Shown here piece by piece: positions 45,014 through 58,450 of a DNA stretch of 64,000 nucleotides. Every line of letters starts with the position of its first letter. Position 1 is the first letter of the stretch. Below the pieces are notes generated by a model. That model had not been told where the DNA came from. It searched no databases and saw nothing but the letters and a program-made list of their open reading frames with translations. The translations under genes and the position numbers were made by a program. Origin of the DNA: Nemertoderma westbladi (lineage: Eukaryota > Animalia > Xenacoelomorpha); assembly GCA_032718475.1 (NCBI GenBank), contig JAUCBJ010006683.1, positions 58,410 to 122,409 on the forward strand. Reading direction: 5' to 3'.

Positions 45014-46243
45014 TGTAAAAGCTTTTACTGAATTGTCCGGTTATTTTTCCTTATTTTTCCCGTAAAGTACTCTGTAGTTGGTTTACCAGGCATAAAAAGG
45101 CCGTGTCCTTGCTGTACTGGTGTTTTAGCGGACATAAGAGCTATTTCTTCTGTATTTGTACTTTAGAGGACATAATCCGTAATTCCGTGACGTAAAAGCA
45201 CGATACTCTTGAAAACAGTGTCGCTACCATGACGACGGCTAGCAGCTGATATTGCCACGTCGACGTTTCTTTGTTTCTCTGTTCTCTCGTTGTTCAGGTT
45301 GACCAATCAGAGCGTTTGTTATCTCTGTGTTGGAGGTATATACAGAAACTCAGTAGTTCAGTGTTATTGTTTTTGTCCAGAGCCTAAGAACCGGCTTTGG
45401 CACCTCCGTGTTTTAGTTTTTAGTCTTACACTAGTAGGTTTAATTATAAAGGGCATATATCCTTTAACGCACCTACCTGACTCATGGAATCACTGCATAC
45501 TGATGACTGATGTCTGCATACTGCAGTACTGCATACACTGCATACTGTGTAACATTGTGCATACTTTTATATTGTTATACTGCTATTTACTGTCAGTTCT
45601 TCATAATATGGTTGATGAATAATTATATTTGGAATAACGATAAATAACCCCGCAACCCAATATTCTTGATATACCGAAGGTAAGAGAGAAAGGTTACCAA
45701 TAACGATTGTGACTTATGTTAAAGTGGTTTGAAGTGAATCTAATGTTATTTGATAGACCCTACATGAGTCAGCCTGTGTTCCTTTTATATGTGACTAAAA
45801 TCAGTGAAGATTGGCAGATTAGTGTGCAGTATTGTGCAGCATTGTGTATGAGTGAGTCTGTTAAAGAAGCAATTCCTAAAGAATGCGTCATATATGTGGA
45901 TTATAATTAAGCCATATCGTTGTGAGTAGTTTAAGTCATAACTCTGTTTATATAGGTAAAGCGCCACGTCCTAAAGGAACTGTTAATATTACCGAAGGTG
46001 AATAATATTGTCAGAGATTATATATTACTGTCAGTCGAATAATACATTAGGCTTACATAGCAATAAAAATTAAACCGTCGAACCCAATCTCCCGGGAATA
46101 TCCAGCGGGTGAATGGTCGCGCACGGATTGGTTTCGACTAGTGTAGTGAATCAAATACTTGTCATAGACTAAAAAGCAATTTATTATCTAGAAGACATTC
46201 TAATTTGGCGGGTTAAACTGCCAAAGGTCTGAAAGCGCGAACA
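45014..46243 (+). mobile_element. Solo LTR (1230 bp), probably BEL/Pao or Gypsy type
   Basis: Starts TGTAAAAG and ends GCGAACA. 5-bp TSD CTGCT at 45009-45013 and 46244-46248. No internal coding domains. CCAAT box (~45303), TATAAA (~45445) and AATAAA (~46062) on + suggest + orientation (tentative). Confidence 0.88.
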
Positions 46244-49200
46244 CTGCTGTTAACTTCTGATTGATGGACTCCATATAGGAGTACTGGTTCTAACTGATGT
46301 ATGATGGACTCCATATAGGAGTACTGGTTCTAACTTCTGTATGATGGACTCCATATAGGAGTACTGGTTCTAACTTCTGATTGATGGACTCCATATAGGA
46401 GTACTGGTTCTAACTGCTGTATGATGGACTCCATATAGGAGTTCTAACTGCTGTATGATGGACTCCATATAGGAGTACTGGTTCTAACTTTTGTATGATG
46501 GACTCCATATAGGAGTACTGATTCTAACTGCTGTATGATGGACTCCATATAGGAGTACTGGTTCTAACTTCTGTATGATGGACTCCATATAGGAGTATTG
46601 ATTCTAACTGCTGTGGACTCCATATAGGAGTACTGGTTCTAACTTCTGTATGATGGACTCCATATAGGAGTATTGATTCTAACTGCTGTGGACTCCATAT
46701 AGGAGTACTGATTCTAACTGCTGTATGATGGACTCCATATAGGAGTATTGATTCTAACTGCTGTGGACTCCATATAGGAGTACTGGTTCTAACTTCTGAT
46801 CGATGGACTCCATATAGGAGTACTGGTTCTAACTGCTGTATGATGGACTCCATATAGGAGTACTGGTTCTAACTGCTGTATGATGGACTCCATATAGGAG
46901 TACTGGTTCTAACTGCTGCATGATGGACTCCATATAGGAGTACTGGTCCTAACTGCTGTATGATGGACTCCATATAGGAGTACTGATTCTAACTGCTGTA
47001 TGATGGACTCCATATATGAGTTCTAACTGCTGTATGATGGACTCCATATAGGAGTACTGGTTCTAACTTTTGTATGATGGACTCCATATAGGAGTACTGA
47101 TTCTAACTGCTGTATGATGGACTCCATATAGGAGTACTGGTTCTAACTTCTGCATGATGGACTCCATATAGGAGTACTGGTTCTAACTTCTGATTAATGG
47201 ACTCCATATAGGAGTACTGGTTCTAACTGCTGTTAACTTCTGATTGATGGACTCCATATAGGAGTACTGGTTCTAACTGATGTATGATGGACTCCATATA
47301 GGAGTACTGGTTCTAACTTCTGTATGATGGACTCCATATAGGAGTACTGGTTCTAACTTCTGATTGATGGACTCCATATAGGAGTACTGGTTCTAACTGC
47401 TGTATGATGGACTCCATATAGGAGTTCTAACTGCTGTATGATGGACTCCATATAGGAGTACTGGTTCTAACTTTTGTATGATGGACTCCATATAGGAGTA
47501 CTGATTCTAACTGCTGTATGATGGACTCCATATAGGAGTACTGGTTCTAACTTCTGATTGATGGACTCCATATAGGAGTACTGGTTCTAACTGATGTATG
47601 ATGGACTCCACATAGGAGTACTGGTTCTAACTGCTGTATCATGGACTCCATATAGGAGTACTGGTTCTAACTGCTGTATGATGGACTCCATATAGGAGTA
47701 CTGGTTCTAACTTCTGATTGATGGGACTCCATAAAGGAGTACTAGTTCTAACTTCTGATTGATGGACTCTATATAGGAGTACTGGTTCTAACTGCTGTAT
47801 GATGGACTCCATATAGGAGTACTGGTTCTAACTTCTGATTGATGGACTCCATATAGGAGTACTGGTTCTAACTGCTGTATGATGGACTCCATATAGGAGT
47901 TCTAACTGCTGTATGATGGACTCCATATAGGAGTACTGGTTCTAACTTTTGTATGATGGACTCCATATAGGAGTACTGATTCTAACTGCTGTATGATGGA
48001 CTCCATATAGGAGTACTGGTTCTAACTTCTGATTGATGGACTCCATATAGGAGTACAGGTTCTAACTTCTGATTGATGGACTCCATATAGGAGTACTGAT
48101 TCTAACTGCTGTATGATGGACTCCATATAGGAGAACTGGTTCTAACTTCTGATTGATGTACTCCATAAAGGAGTACTAGTTCTAACTTCTGATTGATGGA
48201 CTCCATATAGGAGTACTGGTTCTAACTGCTGTATGATGGACTCCATATAGGAGTACTGGTTCTAACTGATGTATGATGGATCCATATAGGAGTACTGGTT
48301 CTAACTGATGTATGATGGACTCCACATAGGAGTACTGGTTCTAACTTTTGTATGATGGACTCCATATAGGAGTACTGATTCTAACTGCTGTATGATGGAC
48401 TCCATATAGGAGTACTGGTTCTAACTTCTGATTGATGGACTCCATAAAGGAGTACTAGTTCTAACTTCTGATTGATGGACTCCATATAGGAGTACTGGTT
48501 CTAACTGCTGTATGATGGACTCCATATAGGAGTACTGGTTCTAACTTCTCATTGATGGACTCCATATAGGAGTACTGGTTCTAACTTCTCATTGATGGAC
48601 TCCATATAGGAGTACTGGTTCTAACTTCTGATTGATGGAATCCATATACGAGTACTGGTTCTAACTGATGTATGATAGACTCCACATAGGAGTACTGGTT
48701 CTAACTTTTGTATGATGGACTCCATATAGGAGTACTGATTCTAACTGCTGTATGATGGACTCCATATAAGAGTACTGGTTCTAACTTCTGATTGATGGAC
48801 TCCATAAAAGAGTACTAGTTCTAACTGCTGTATGATGGACTCCATATAGGAGTACTGATTCTAACTACTGTATGATAGACTCCATATAGGAGTACTGGCT
48901 CTAACTTCTGATTGATGGACTCCATATAGGAGTACTGGTTCTAACTGATGTATGATGGACTTGATTCTAACTGCTGTGGACTCCATATAGGAGTACTGGT
49001 TCTAACTTCTGATCGATGGACTCCATATAGGAGTACTGGTTCTAACTGCTGTATGATGGACTCCATATAGGAGTATTGATTCTAACTGCTGTGGACTCCA
49101 TATAGGAGTACTGGTTCTAACTTCTGATCGATGGACTCCATATAGGAGTACTGGTTCTAACTGCTGTATGATGGACTCCATATAGGAGTACTGGTTCTAA

Positions 49201-52200
49201 CTGCTGTATGATGGACTCCATATAGGAGTACTTGTTCTAACTGCTGCATGATGGACTCCATATAGGAGTACTGGTTCTAACTGCTGTATGATGGACTCCA
49301 TATAGGAGTACTGATTCTAACTGCTGTATGATGGACTCCATATATGAGTTCTAACTGCTGTATGATGGACTCCATATAGGAGTACTGGTTCTAACTTTTG
49401 TATGATGGACTCCATATAGGAGTACTGATTCTAACTGCTGTATGATGGACTCCATATAGGAGTACTGGTTCTAACTTCTGTATGATGGACTCCATATAGG
49501 AGTACTGGTTCTAACTTCTGATTGATGGACTCCATATAGGAGTACTGGTTCTAACTGCTGTTAACTTCTGATTGATGGACTCCATATAGGAGTACTGGTT
49601 CTAACTGATGTATGATGGACTCCATATAGGAGTACTGGTTCTAACTTCTGTATGATGGACTCCATATAGGAGTACTGGTTCTAACTTCTGATTGATGGAC
49701 TCCATATAGGAGTACTGGTTCTAACTGCTGTATGATGGACTCCATATAGGAGTTCTAACTGCTGTATGATGGACTCCATATAGGAGTACTGGTTCTAACT
49801 TTTGTATGATGGACTCCATATAGGAGTACTGATTCTAACTGCTGTATGATGGACTCCATATAGGAGTACTGGTTCTAACTTCTGATTGATGGACTCCATA
49901 TAGGAGTACTGGTTCTAACTGATGTATGATGGACTCCACATAGGAGTACTGGTTCTAACTGCTGTATGATGGACTCCATATAGGAGTACTGGTTCTAACT
50001 GCTGTATGATGGACTCCATATAAGAGTACTGGTTCTAACTTCTGATTGATGGGACTCCATAAAGGAGTACTAGTTCTAACTTCTGATTGATGGACTCTAT
50101 ATAGGAGTACTGGTTCTAACTGCTGTATGATGGACTCCATATAGGAGTACTGGTTCTAACTTCTGATTGATGGACTCCATATAGGAGTACTGGTTCTAAC
50201 TGCTGTATGATGGACTCCATATAGGAGTACTGGTTCTAACTGATGTATGATGGACTCCATATAGGAGTACTGGTTCTAACAGATGTATGATGGACTCCAC
50301 ATAGGAGTACTGGTTCTAACTTTTGTATGATGGACTCCATATAGGAGTACTGATTCTAACTGCTGTATGATGGACTCCATATAGGAGTACTGGTTCTAAC
50401 TTCTGATTGATGGACTCCATAAAGGAGTACTAGTTCTAACTTCTGATTGATGGACTCCATATAGGAGTACTGGTTCTAACTGCTGTATGATGGACTCCAT
50501 ATAGGAGTACTGGTTCTAACTTCTCATTGATGGACTCCATATAGGAGTACTGGTTCTAACTTCTCATTGATGGACTCCATATAGGAGTACTGGTTCTAAC
50601 TTCTGATTGATGGAATCCATATACGAGTACTGGTTCTAACTGATGTATGATAGACTCCACATAGGAGTACTGGTTCTAACTTTTGTATGATGGACTCCAT
50701 ATAGGAGTACTGATTCTAACTGCTGTATGATGGACTCCATATAGGAGTACTGGTTCTAACTTCTGATTGATGGACTCCATAAAAGAGTACTAGTTCTAAC
50801 TGCTGTATGATGGACTCCATATAGGAGTACTGATTCTAACTACTGTATGATAGACTCCATATAGGAGTACTGGCTCTAACTTCTGATTGATGGACTCCAT
50901 ATAGGAGTACTGGTTCTAACTGATGTATGATGGACTCCATATAGGAGTATTGATTCTAACTGCTGTGGACTCCATATAGGAGTACTGGTTCTAACTTCTG
51001 ATCGATGGACTCCATATAGGAGTACTGGTTCTAACTGCTGTATGATGGACTCCATATAGGAGTATTGATTCTAACTGCTGTGGACTCCATATAGGAGTAC
51101 TGGTTCTAACTTCTGATCGATGGACTCCATATAGGAGTACTGGTTCTAACTGCTGTATGATGGACTCCATATAGGAGTACTGGTTCTAACTGCTGTATGA
51201 TGGACTCCATATAGGAGTACTTGTTCTAACTGCTGCATGATGGACTCCATATAGGAGTACTGGTTCTAACTGCTGTATGATGTACTCCATATAGGAGTAC
51301 TGATTCTAACTGCTGTATGATGGACTCCATATATGAGTTCTAACTGCTGTATGATGGACTCCATATAGGAGTACTGGTTCTAACTTTTGTATGATGGACT
51401 CCATATAGGAGTACTGATTCTAACTGCTGTATGATGGACTCCATATAGGAGTACTGGTTCTAACTTCTGTATGATGGACTCCATATAGGAGTACTGGTTC
51501 TAACTTCTGATTGATGGACTCCATATAGGAGTACTGGTTCTAACTGCTGTTAACTTCTGATTGATGGACTCCATATAGGAGTACTGATTCTAACTGATGT
51601 ATGATGGACTCCATATAGGAGTACTGGTTCTAACTTCTGTATGATGGACTCCATATAGGAGTACTGGTTTTAACTTCTGATTGATGGACTCCATATAGGA
51701 GTACTGGTTCTAACTGCTGTATGATGGACTCCATATAGGAGTTCTAACTGCTGTATGATGGACTCCATATAGGAGTACTGGTTCTAACTTTTGTATGATG
51801 GACTCCATATAGGAGTACTGATTCTAACTGCTGTATGATGGACTCCATATAGGAGTACTGGTTCTAACTTCTGATTGATGGACTCCATATAGGAGTACTG
51901 GTTCTAACTGATGTATGATGGACTCCACATAGGAGTACTGGTTCTAACTGCTGTATGATGGACTCCATATAGGAGTACTGGTTCTAACTGCTGTATGATG
52001 GACTCCATATAGGAGTACTGGTTCTAACTTCTGATTGATGGGACTCCATAAAGGAGTACTAGTTCTAACTTCTGATTGATGGACTCTATATAGGAGTACT
52101 GGTTCTAACTGCTGTATGATGGACTCCATATAGGAGTACTGGTTCTAACTTCTGATTGATGGACTCCATATAGGAGTACTGGTTCTAACTGCTGTATGAT

Positions 52201-55200
52201 GGACTCCATATAGGAGTTCTAACTGCTGTATGATGGACTCCATATAGGAGTACTGGTTCTAACTTTTGTATGATGGACTCCATATAGGAGTACTGATTCT
52301 AACTGCTGTATGATGGACTCCATATAGGAGTACTGGTTCTAACTTCTGATTGATGGACTCCATATAGGAGTACAGGTTCTAACTTCTGATTGATGGACTC
52401 CATATAGGAGTACTGATTCTAACTGCTGTATGATGGACTCCATATAGGAGTACTGGTTCTAACTTCTGATTGATGGACTCCATAAAGGAGTACTAGTTCT
52501 AACTTCTGATTGATGGACTCCATATAGGAGTACTGGTTCTAACTGCTGTATGATGGACTCCATATAGGAGTACTGGTTCTAACTGATGTATGATGGACTC
52601 CATATAGGAGTACTGGTTCTAACTGATGTATGATGGACTCCACATAGGAGTACTGGTTCTAACTTTTGTATGATGGACTCCATATAGGAGTACTGATTCT
52701 AACTGCTGTATGATGGACTCCATATAGGAGTACTGGTTCTAACTTCTGATTGATGGACTCCATAAAGGAGTACTAGTTCTAACTTCTGATTGATGGACTC
52801 CATATAGGAGTACTGGTTCTAACTGCTGTATGATGGACTCCATATAGGAGTACTGGTTCTAACTTCTCATTGATGGACTCCATATAGGAGTACTGGTTCT
52901 AACTTCTCATTGATGGACTCCATATAGGAGTACTGGTTCTAACTTCTGATTGATGGAATCCATATACGAGTACTGGTTCTAACTGATGTATGATAGACTC
53001 CACATAGGAGTACTGGTTCTAACTTTTGTATGATGGACTCCATATAGGAGTACTGATTCTAACTGCTGTATGATGGACTCCATATAGGAGTACTGGTTCT
53101 AACTTCTGATTGATGGACTCCATAAAAGAGTACTAGTTCTAACTGCTGTATGATGGACTCCATATAGGAGTACTGATTCTAACTACTGTATGATAGACTC
53201 CATATAGGAGTACTGGCTCTAACTTCTGATTGATGGACTCCATATAGGAGTACTGGTTCTAACTGATGTATGATGGACTCCATATAGGAGTACTGGTTCT
53301 AACTTCTGTATGATGGACTCCATATAGGAGTACTGGTTGTAACTTCTGATTGATGGACTCCATATAGGAGTACTGGTTCTAACTGCTGTATGATGGACTC
53401 CATATAGGAGTACTGGTTCTAACTTCTTATTGATGGAATCCATATAGGAGTACTGGTTCTAACTTCTGATTGATGGACTCCATAAAGGAGTACTGGTTCT
53501 AACTTCTGATTGATGGACACAATATAGGAGTACTGGTCCTATATAGGTGTACTGATTCTAACTGCTGTATGGTGGTCTCCATATAGAAGTACTGGATCTA
53601 ACTGCTGTATGATGGACTCCATATAGGAGTACTGGTTCTATCTGCTGTATGATGGACTCCATATAGGAAGGAGTACTGGTTCTAACTGCTGTATGATGGA
53701 CTCCATATAGGAGTACTGGTTCTAACTTATGACTGATGGACTGACTCCATATAGGAGTACTGGTTCTAACTTCTGATTGATGGACTCCATATAGGAGTAC
53801 TGGTTCTAACTGATGTATGATGGACTCCATATAGGAGTACTGGTTCTAACTGCTGTATGATGGAATCCATATAGGAATACTGGTTCCTGGTTCTATCTGC
53901 TGATTGATGCTCCATATAGGAGTACTGGTTCTAACTGCTGTATGATGGACTCCATATAGGAGTACTGGTTCTAACAGCTGTATGATGGACTCCATATAGG
54001 AGTACTGGTTCTAACTGCTGTATGATGGACTCCATATAGGAGTACTGGTTCTAACTGCTGTATGATGGACTCCATATTGGAGTACTGGTTCTAACTTCTG
54101 ATTCTGATTGATGGACTCCATATAGGAGTACTGGTTCTAACTGCTGTATGATGGACTCCATATAGGAGTACTGGTTCTAACTGCTGTATGATGGACTCCA
54201 TATAGGAGTACTGGTTCTAACTGCTGATTGATGGACTCCATATAGGAGTACTGGTTCTAACTGCTGATTGATGGACTCCATATAGGAGTACTGGTTCTAA
54301 CTGCTGTATGATGGACTCCATATTGGAGTACTGGTTCTAACTTCTGATTCTGATTGATGGACTCCATATAGGAGTACTGGTTCTAACTGCTGTATGATGG
54401 ACTCCATATAGGAGTACTGGTTCTAACTGCTGTATGATGGACTCCATATAGGAGTACTGGTTCTAACAGCTGTATGATGGACTCCATATAGGAGTACTGG
54501 TTCTAACTGCTGTATGATGGACTCCATATAGGAGTACTGGTTCTAACTGCTGTATGATGGACTCCATATTGGAGTACTGGTTCTAACTTCTGATTCTGAT
54601 TGATGGACTCCATATAGGAGTACTGGTTCTAACTGCTGTATGATGGACTCCATATAGGAGTACTGGTTCTAACTGCTGTATGATGGACTCCATATAGGAG
54701 TACTGGTTCTAACAGCTGTATGATGGACTCCATATAGGAGTACTGGTTCTAACTGCTGTATGATGGACTCCATATAGGAGTACTGGTTCTAACTGCTGTA
54801 TGATGGACTCCATATAGGAGTACTGGTTCTAACAGCTGTATGATGGACTCCATATAGGAGTACTGGTTCTAACTGCTGTATGATGGACTCCATATAGGAG
54901 TACTGGTTCTAACTGCTGTATGATGGACTCCATATAGGAGTACTGGTTCTAACTGCTGTATGATGGACTCCATATAGGAGTACGGGTTCTAACTGCTGTA
55001 TGATGGACTCCATATAGGAGTACTGGTTCTAACTGCTGTATGATGGACTCCATATAGGAGTACTGGTTCTAACTGCTGTATGATGGACTCCATATAGGAG
55101 TACTGGTTCTAACTGCTGTATGATGGACTCCATATAGGAGTACTGGTTCTAACTGCTGTATGATGGACTCCATATAGGAGTACTGGTTCTAACTGCTGTA

Positions 55201-56917
55201 TGATGGACTCCATATAGGAGTACTGGTTCTAACTGCTGTATGATGGACTCCATATTGGAGTACTGGTTCTAACTGCTGTATGATGGACTCCATATAGTAC
55301 TGGTTCTAACTGCTGTATGATGGACTCCATATAGGAGTACGGGTTCTAACTGCTGTATGATGGACTCCATATAGGAGTACTGGTTCTAACTTATGATTGA
55401 TGGACTCCATATAGGTGTACTGGGTCTAACTGCTGTATGATGGACTCCATATAGGAGTACTGGTTCTAACTTATGATTGATGGACTCCATATAGGTGTAC
55501 TGGTTCTAACTGCTGTATGATGGACTCCATATAGGAGTACTGGTTCTAACTGCTGTATGATGGACTCCATATAGGAGTACTGGTTCTAACTGCTGTATGA
55601 TGGACTCCATATAGGAGTACTGGTTCTAACTTATGATTGATGGACTCCATATAGGTGTACTGGTTCTAACTGCTGTATGATGGACTCCATATAGGAGTAC
55701 TGGTTCTAACTGCTGTATGATGGACTCCATATAGGAGTACTGGTTCTAACTGCTGTATGATGGACTCCATATAGGAGTACTGGTTCTAACAGCTGTATGA
55801 TGGACTCCATATAGGAGTACTGGTTCTAACTGCTGTATGATGGACTCCATATAGGAGTACCGGTTCTAACTGCTGTATGATGGACTCCATATAGGAGTAC
55901 TGGTTCTAACTGCTGTATGATGGACTCCATATTGGAGTACTGGTTCTAACTTCTGATTCTGATTGATGGACTCCATATAGGAGTACTGGTTCTAACTGCT
56001 GTATGATGGACTCCATATAGGAGTACTGGTTCTAACTGCTGTATGATGGACTCCATATAGGAGTACTGGTTCTAACAGCTGTATGATGGACTCCATATAG
56101 GAGTACTGGTTCTAACTGCTGTATGATGGACTCCATATAGGAGTACTGGTTCTAACTGCTGTATGATGGACTCCATATTGGAGTACTGGTTCTAACTTCT
56201 GATTCTGATTGATGGACTCCATATAGGAGTACTGGTTCTAACTGCTGTATGGTGGACTCCATATAGGAGTACTGGTTCTAACTGCTGTATGATGGACTCC
56301 ATATAGGAGTACTGGTTCTAACTGCTGATTGATGGACTCCATATAGGAGTACTGGTTCTAACTGCTGATTGATGGACTCCATATAGGAGTACTGGTTCTA
56401 ATTACTGTATGATGGACTCCATAAAGGAGTACTGGTTCTAACTTCTGATTCTGATTGATGGACTCCATATAGGAGTACTGGTTCTAACTGCTGTATGATG
56501 GACTCCATATAGGAGTACTGGTTCTAACTTCTGATTCTGATTGATGGACTCCATATAGGAGTACTGGTTCTAACTGCTGTATGATGGACTCCATATAGGA
56601 GTACTGGTTCTAACTGCTGTATGATGGACTCCATATAGGAGTACTGGTTCTAACTGCTGTATGATGGACTCCATATTGGAGTACTGGTTCTAACTTCTGA
56701 TTCTGATTGATGGACTCCATATAGGAGTACTGGTTCTAACTGCTGTATGATGGACTCCATATAGGAGTACTGGTTCTAACTGCTGTATGATGGACTCCAT
56801 ATAGGAGTACTGGTTCTAACAGCTGTATGATGGACTCCATATAGGAGTACTGGTTCTAACTGCTGTATGATGGACTCCATATAGGAGTACTGGTTCTAAC
56901 TGCTGTATGATGGACTC
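46244..56917. repeat. 40-bp tandem satellite array, segment 3
   Basis: Same monomer. Ends abruptly mid-monomer at ...TGGACTC|TGTAGCGG. Confidence 0.98.
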
Positions 56918-57910
56918 TGTAGCGGCTAAAGGATAGCAGTGAGCTCATCCGTACAATAAACCGCAAACACCCTGCCGCTAAAAGACTTTCGGGCTTTTGA
57001 TATCACGCAGTTTGCCAGTGACGCTGCACTGCATTCACACCAGTCTGACAGTCGGTAACAGGACAGACAGATGACACACAGATAAACTAACACAGTCATA
57101 CATAAGACACTGAGACAGACACTAACAGACAAACTCACCAACCGAACGTGCTGGACACCTTTGAATGCGAGTTACCTGGTTGCAAGTGCACTGCAACTTA
57201 CATTAGGCATAAAGCACACACGCAGAAACCCCTAGGATCCAACGTGTGTAAGCTATGACAGTATGACAGCCTCACCAACGTCGCTTGTGAAAGGACTGAA
57301 GGATGGATGGGGATGCGAGGCAAGGAAAACGCAGGTCCTGTTAAGATTCTCGGTCCGTCTCCATATTAATACAATGAACAGATGAATGATAAATAATAAT
57401 CACCGAATCGGAATCACTGATAACTGGTTAAATCTGTTAATGGCTAATTGACTAACTGGCAACTGACAACTGACAACTGACAACTGGTAATATTCATAGG
57501 ACTCTTCGCCCAAAAGTGGGTGTCCGGGAGGACGCAAAATAACAGTACCGGTACCGGTAATAAGATAAGACTGTAAGATACAGTAACTAAAGCACTGCAG
57601 CACTGTGACTAAAAGGTAAGTAAAAGAGCCTAGCTCCCATCACCATTGTATATCACTGAAAGGCTAACAGCCAATCAGAAACAAGCACCTGGCATTACAA
57701 CTAGGGCCATTAAATTATGACACTTACATCAGTATACTGAATAGATTTAACATGTTACACTTATCTGTACTTACAATAATTTTGGTTGGGGGTAGAATGC
57801 GTATTGGCGCTTACACCGCTTCCTAATTAAAGATAGATGCACAAAATTTAATTATCAACCACGGCGTCAATACGGTCTTAAGATATTGAAATTCTCTACT
57901 AATGTTTACA
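56918..57910 (-). repeat. Putative 3' LTR of the BEL/Pao element (~993 bp; inner boundary tentative)
   Basis: Outer end fixed by the satellite junction. Inner end chosen at TTTACA (57905-57910) because on the minus strand it reads AGCGGGAATT-TGTAAAC (purine-rich tract then TGTA) and gives TGTA...TACA termini. Alternatives exist near 57987 and 59040, and the second LTR is not visible to confirm. Confidence 0.45.
57454..57487. repeat. 7-bp microrepeat (AACTGRC) x5 inside the putative LTR
   Basis: AACTGGC AACTGAC AACTGAC AACTGAC AACTGG read directly. Confidence 0.8.
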
Positions 57911-58168
57911 AATTCCCGCTGTACAAGTGATATAGGAAAATATCAACTAGATTAAAAATATACCATAAAATACAAATATATGTTACATCTCCAGTAACTG
58001 TAAATACACTCACAATCATATTTTCAAAAGTAAATATACAGTTTTCACAATTATAAAGCTAGATGCACTATTACATTAGAATTAATTAAGCAAACAAACA
58101 TATTATAATAGAAAATAGATTCTGGCTAAATTATTGACTATTCATTATATACATGGTTCATTCTACAA

Positions 58169-58450
58169 ATGTATTATAAAATATAATATATGCCTCTAAA
58201 CAAATATTATCGCATATTTTCATTTCCTGTATGTATATTGTATATAACTTAGGAGTTATTATTGACTATTATTGACTAAATGATTGATGCATTATAAATA
58301 TATAATATATGCTTCTAAACTAATATTATTGCACTAATATTATTGCACATATTCATTGCATATGCATATATATTATTGATGCATTATAAATATATAATAT
58401 ATGCTTTTAAACTAATATTATTGCACATATTCATTGCATATGCATATAAC
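58169..58450. repeat. Three imperfect AT-rich direct repeats (~90-120 bp spacing) in the retrotransposon 3' non-coding region
   Basis: Core ATG(C/T)ATTATAAA..TATAATATATGC..TAAAC..ATATTAT.GCA recurs at ~58169, ~58287 and ~58379. Confidence 0.75.

Noticed and set aside
45290-45967. Three short ORFs inside the solo LTR
   Set aside because: Short, low-complexity, partly non-ATG starts, no recognisable domain. Expected by chance in LTR sequence.
340-53830. Dozens of minus-strand ORFs (MESIIQQLEPVLLYGVHHTAVRTSTPIW...) as a repeat-protein family
   Set aside because: They are translations of the 40-bp monomer. The minus strand has one TAG per monomer, so each frame stops every 120 bp, and longer ORFs appear only where an indel or SNP skips it. 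The monomer length and most indels are not multiples of three. Stop-codon reassignment is not supported, since the long BEL ORF has no in-frame TAG.
1-56917. CRISPR-like array (palindromic repeat of ~30-40 bp with a variable segment)
   Set aside because: The variable part is only ~7 bp with a few recurring alleles. There are no unique spacers and no cas genes, and the context is eukaryotic.
57359-57560. Satellite-like words in the BEL LTR (CTCCATAT, TAACTGGTT, GGACTC, AGTACCGGT) suggesting the satellite arose from the LTR
   Set aside because: Matches are only 6-9 bp, scattered and not collinear with the monomer, so they are compatible with chance.
45014-57910. Solo LTR and BEL 3' LTR as the two LTRs of one element enclosing satellite
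   Set aside because: No alignable similarity by eye, probably opposite orientations, and the solo LTR has its own complete TSD.
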